NCBI GenBank assembly: GCA_017613275.1
Contig: JAGAED010000003.1
Location: forward strand, 1,501-65,500
DNA length: 64,000 nt
Direction of reading: 5' to 3'
DNA from: Clostridia bacterium
Lineage (GTDB): Bacteria > Bacillota > Clostridia > TANB77 > CAG-508
Position numbers and translations under genes: made by a program. Position 1 is the stretch's first letter, and each line of letters starts with the position of its first letter. The notes beneath the pieces were generated by a model, which saw nothing but the letters and a program-made list of their open reading frames with translations, had not been told where the DNA came from and searched no databases. This document shows, in pieces, positions 61,961-64,000 of the stretch.

Positions 61961-62090
61961 AATTTATACTACAGATATTATATCTTTTTCCGTTATCCCC
62001 ATCCTAAATTTTCTTATGAAAGCAAAGCTTTCAAGAAAATTTGGACGGTCCCCACAATTTCACTTCAAAAGATATAATTTCGGTATTAAA
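61961..62090 (+). ncRNA. unclassified structured element, copy B
   Basis: 12-bp outer stem 61977-61988/62067-62078. Core TTCCGTTATCCCCATCC, hairpin AAATTTTCTT-GAAAGC-AAA-GCTTTC-AAGAAAATTT, then GGACGGTCCCCAC. Confidence 0.6.
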
Positions 62091-62101
62091 AAGAGGAAAA
62101 C

Positions 62102-63076
62102 ATGTTTATAAAAAGATTAAAAATTGGAAATGTAGAATTAGAAAATAATTTAATACTAGCTCCAATGGCAGGTGTAACAGACCTGCCTTTTAGAGTTTTA
62201 TGCAAAGAGCAAGGCGCAGGAATGGTTTGTACAGAAATGGCAAGCAGTAGAGCAATATTTCATAATGATGAAAAAACAAAACAGCTAATAGATACTACTG
62301 GAGAAAAAAGACCAATAAGCTATCAAATATTTGGCAGTGATGAAGAAAGCATGGCATATTCTGCAAAAGAATTTAGCGAATTCGCAGAAATAATAGACAT
62401 AAACATGGGATGCCCGGCACCAAAAGTAGTAAAAAATGGTGATGGAAGCAAATTACTATTAGATTTAGAAAAGGCAGAAAAAATAATAAAATCAGTAGTA
62501 CAAAACTCAACAGTTCCAGTAACTTTAAAAATGAGAAAAGGTTGGGACAAAGATCATATAGTAGCAGTAGAACTTGCTAAAATAGCTGAAAAATGCGGAG
62601 TATCAGCCATTACAATACATGGAAGAACAAGAACAGAATTCTTCAGCGGAAGTGTAGATTTAGAAATAATAAAAAAAGTTAAAGAGGCAGTTAATATTCC
62701 AGTTATAGGGAATGGAAATATAGTAGATGAAGAATCAGCTTTGGAAATGTTTGAAAAAACTGGTGTGGATGGAATAATGATAGGACGTGGAAGTCTTGGA
62801 AATCCATGGATTTTTAGAAATATAAAACATTTTTTAGAAACAGGAGAAAAATTGCCACAACCTACACCAGAAGAGAGAAAACAAGCAATGATAAAGCATA
62901 TAGAGCTTGCAATAAAAAATAAAGGTGAGCAAGTAGCTATTCATGAAATAAGAAAACATGTATCTTGGTATACAAAAAATTTACCAAACGCAAGTGAATT
63001 TAGAAATAAAGTTAATCATACAGAAAATAGCCAAGCTTTGCTAGATTTAATTGAAGAATATTTTAATAATATGTAG
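62102..63076 (+). CDS. dus: tRNA-dihydrouridine synthase
   Basis: LAPMAGVTDLPFR, DINMGCP and HGRTR. Confidence 0.9.
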   Translation: MFIKRLKIGNVELENNLILAPMAGVTDLPFRVLCKEQGAGMVCTEMASSRAIFHNDEKTKQLIDTTGEKRPISYQIFGSDEESMAYSAKEFSEFAEIIDINMGCPAPKVVKNGDGSKLLLDLEKAEKIIKSVVQNSTVPVTLKMRKGWDKDHIVAVELAKIAEKCGVSAITIHGRTRTEFFSGSVDLEIIKKVKEAVNIPVIGNGNIVDEESALEMFEKTGVDGIMIGRGSLGNPWIFRNIKHFLETGEKLPQPTPEERKQAMIKHIELAIKNKGEQVAIHEIRKHVSWYTKNLPNASEFRNKVNHTENSQALLDLIEEYFNNM

Positions 63077-63139
63077 AATAAAAATGTGTTAAGAACATAA
63101 ATGTTTTTAATACATTTTTTATTTTGAAAGGGGTTTAAA

Positions 63140-63805
63140 ATGAATAAAAAGAAAGTTTTTATTTTTTTAATAATTGTAATTTTACTTGTAGGTGGTTTAA
63201 CATTTTTTTTCATAAATAGGAGTAAAACGAAAAAATTTGGGAAGAATAGTAGTAGTCAAGATATTGTAAATTATATTTTAGATATTAGTTCGTATGAGGC
63301 AACAATAGAAGTCGAAACCAAAAGTAATAAAAATTCTAATAAATATGTTTTAAAACAGCAGTACATAAAGGATAATGCATCAACTCAAGAAGTCCTTGAA
63401 CCAAGCAATATTCAAGGCGTGAAAATGGTCAAAAAAGATAAAACATTAAAATTAGAAAATACGTCTTTAAATGTAGTAACAATTTTAGAAAATTACGAAA
63501 GTTTAACAGATAATGCGTTAGATTTGAGTTCTTTTATAGAAAATTATAGACAAAATAGTAATTCAAGTTTTGAAGAAAAAGATAACGAAATAATAATGCA
63601 TACAACAAATAGCAATGAAAATAAATATACCAAAAATAAAACATTATATGTAGATAGAAGTACTGGAAAACCAACAAAAATGGAAGTAACTGATATTAAC
63701 AAAAACATAACAATTAACATATTATATAAAGAAGTAGAGATTGATAATTTAGATGAAAACAATGTATTAGCTTTTAATTTATATAATATGTCTAAACAAA
63801 TATGA
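63140..63805 (+). CDS. hypothetical membrane-anchored protein
   Basis: 221 aa with an N-terminal TM helix. Confidence 0.55.
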   Translation: MNKKKVFIFLIIVILLVGGLTFFFINRSKTKKFGKNSSSQDIVNYILDISSYEATIEVETKSNKNSNKYVLKQQYIKDNASTQEVLEPSNIQGVKMVKKDKTLKLENTSLNVVTILENYESLTDNALDLSSFIENYRQNSNSSFEEKDNEIIMHTTNSNENKYTKNKTLYVDRSTGKPTKMEVTDINKNITINILYKEVEIDNLDENNVLAFNLYNMSKQI

Positions 63806-63892
63806 TTGTATAGTAAAATATAGTTCTTTACTTCATATAAATAGAAAAATATAAATATCCTGACAGATAAAGTAATATTGGGAGTGAAGAAT

Positions 63893-64000
63893 ATGGTAAT
63901 AAAAAGAGGAGATATGTTTTATGCAGATTTGAGTCCAGTAATAGGTTCAGAACAGGGAGGAGTTAGACCTGTTCTTATAATACAAAATGATGTTGGAAAT
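63893..64000 (+). CDS. mazF: type II toxin endoribonuclease MazF/PemK (5' partial, runs off the window)
   Basis: [36 protein letters not shown]. Confidence 0.85.
   Translation, partial: MVIKRGDMFYADLSPVIGSEQGGVRPVLIIQNDVGN

Overview
AT-rich (about 30% GC by eye), standard-code chromosomal segment of a Gram-positive Firmicute type (Clostridia/Tissierellia-like; I make no species claim). Nearly all genes are on the + strand. TGA and TAA both act as stops.

Most of the window is housekeeping:
- a 6S-like RNA, prmC, whiA, hemW (frameshifted), rplU-rpmA, obg
- a tRNA-Val/Asp/Phe cluster, ireB-ruvX-DUF1292, a CDF metal exporter, rbgA-mrnC, tRNA-Glu
- a P-type ATPase behind a yybP-ykoY (Mn) riboswitch
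- asd, rpmE, rpsO-pnp, alr, ftsH, ligA
- a zur-znuACB-type operon, folD, T-box-glyQS, dprA
- a sortase with a thioester-domain substrate, minD-minE-rodA, dus, and a partial mazF at the right edge

Things no standard annotation would explain:
1. A two-copy structured intergenic element (56.3 kb and 62.0 kb). Its stems change in a compensatory way and it carries twin conserved UCCCCA/GGNCGGUCCCCAC boxes.
2. A dispersed REP-like repeat family built around TTTTTGGGACACT. It sits at 6 intergenic loci and includes an 84-bp near-perfect palindrome.
3. An uncharacterised module at 15.4-19.6 kb: a VirB2-like small membrane protein, then a pseudo-receiver/AT-hook/NNQF-repeat/ParA-like protein split by an in-frame TAA, then a TM-GAF-degenerate-GGDEF protein.
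4. A pilin-like gene whose last ~130 bp jump to ~50% GC with NNC-rich codons, followed by a GC-rich hairpin. This looks like a DGR variable region, but no RT or TR is in the window.
5. Paired paralogous micro-ORFs (NCExWAxAK), each preceding a gene, next to a nonsense-disrupted large serine recombinase.
6. A 20-bp duplicate of the tRNA-Phe 3' end about 110 bp downstream of the tRNA.
7. An unannotated 38-aa Cys-rich membrane microprotein.

Four genes carry frameshifts or in-frame stops. This is either real gene decay or assembly error and needs read-level checking. I found no CRISPR array, no complete prophage and no recognisable canonical defence system.
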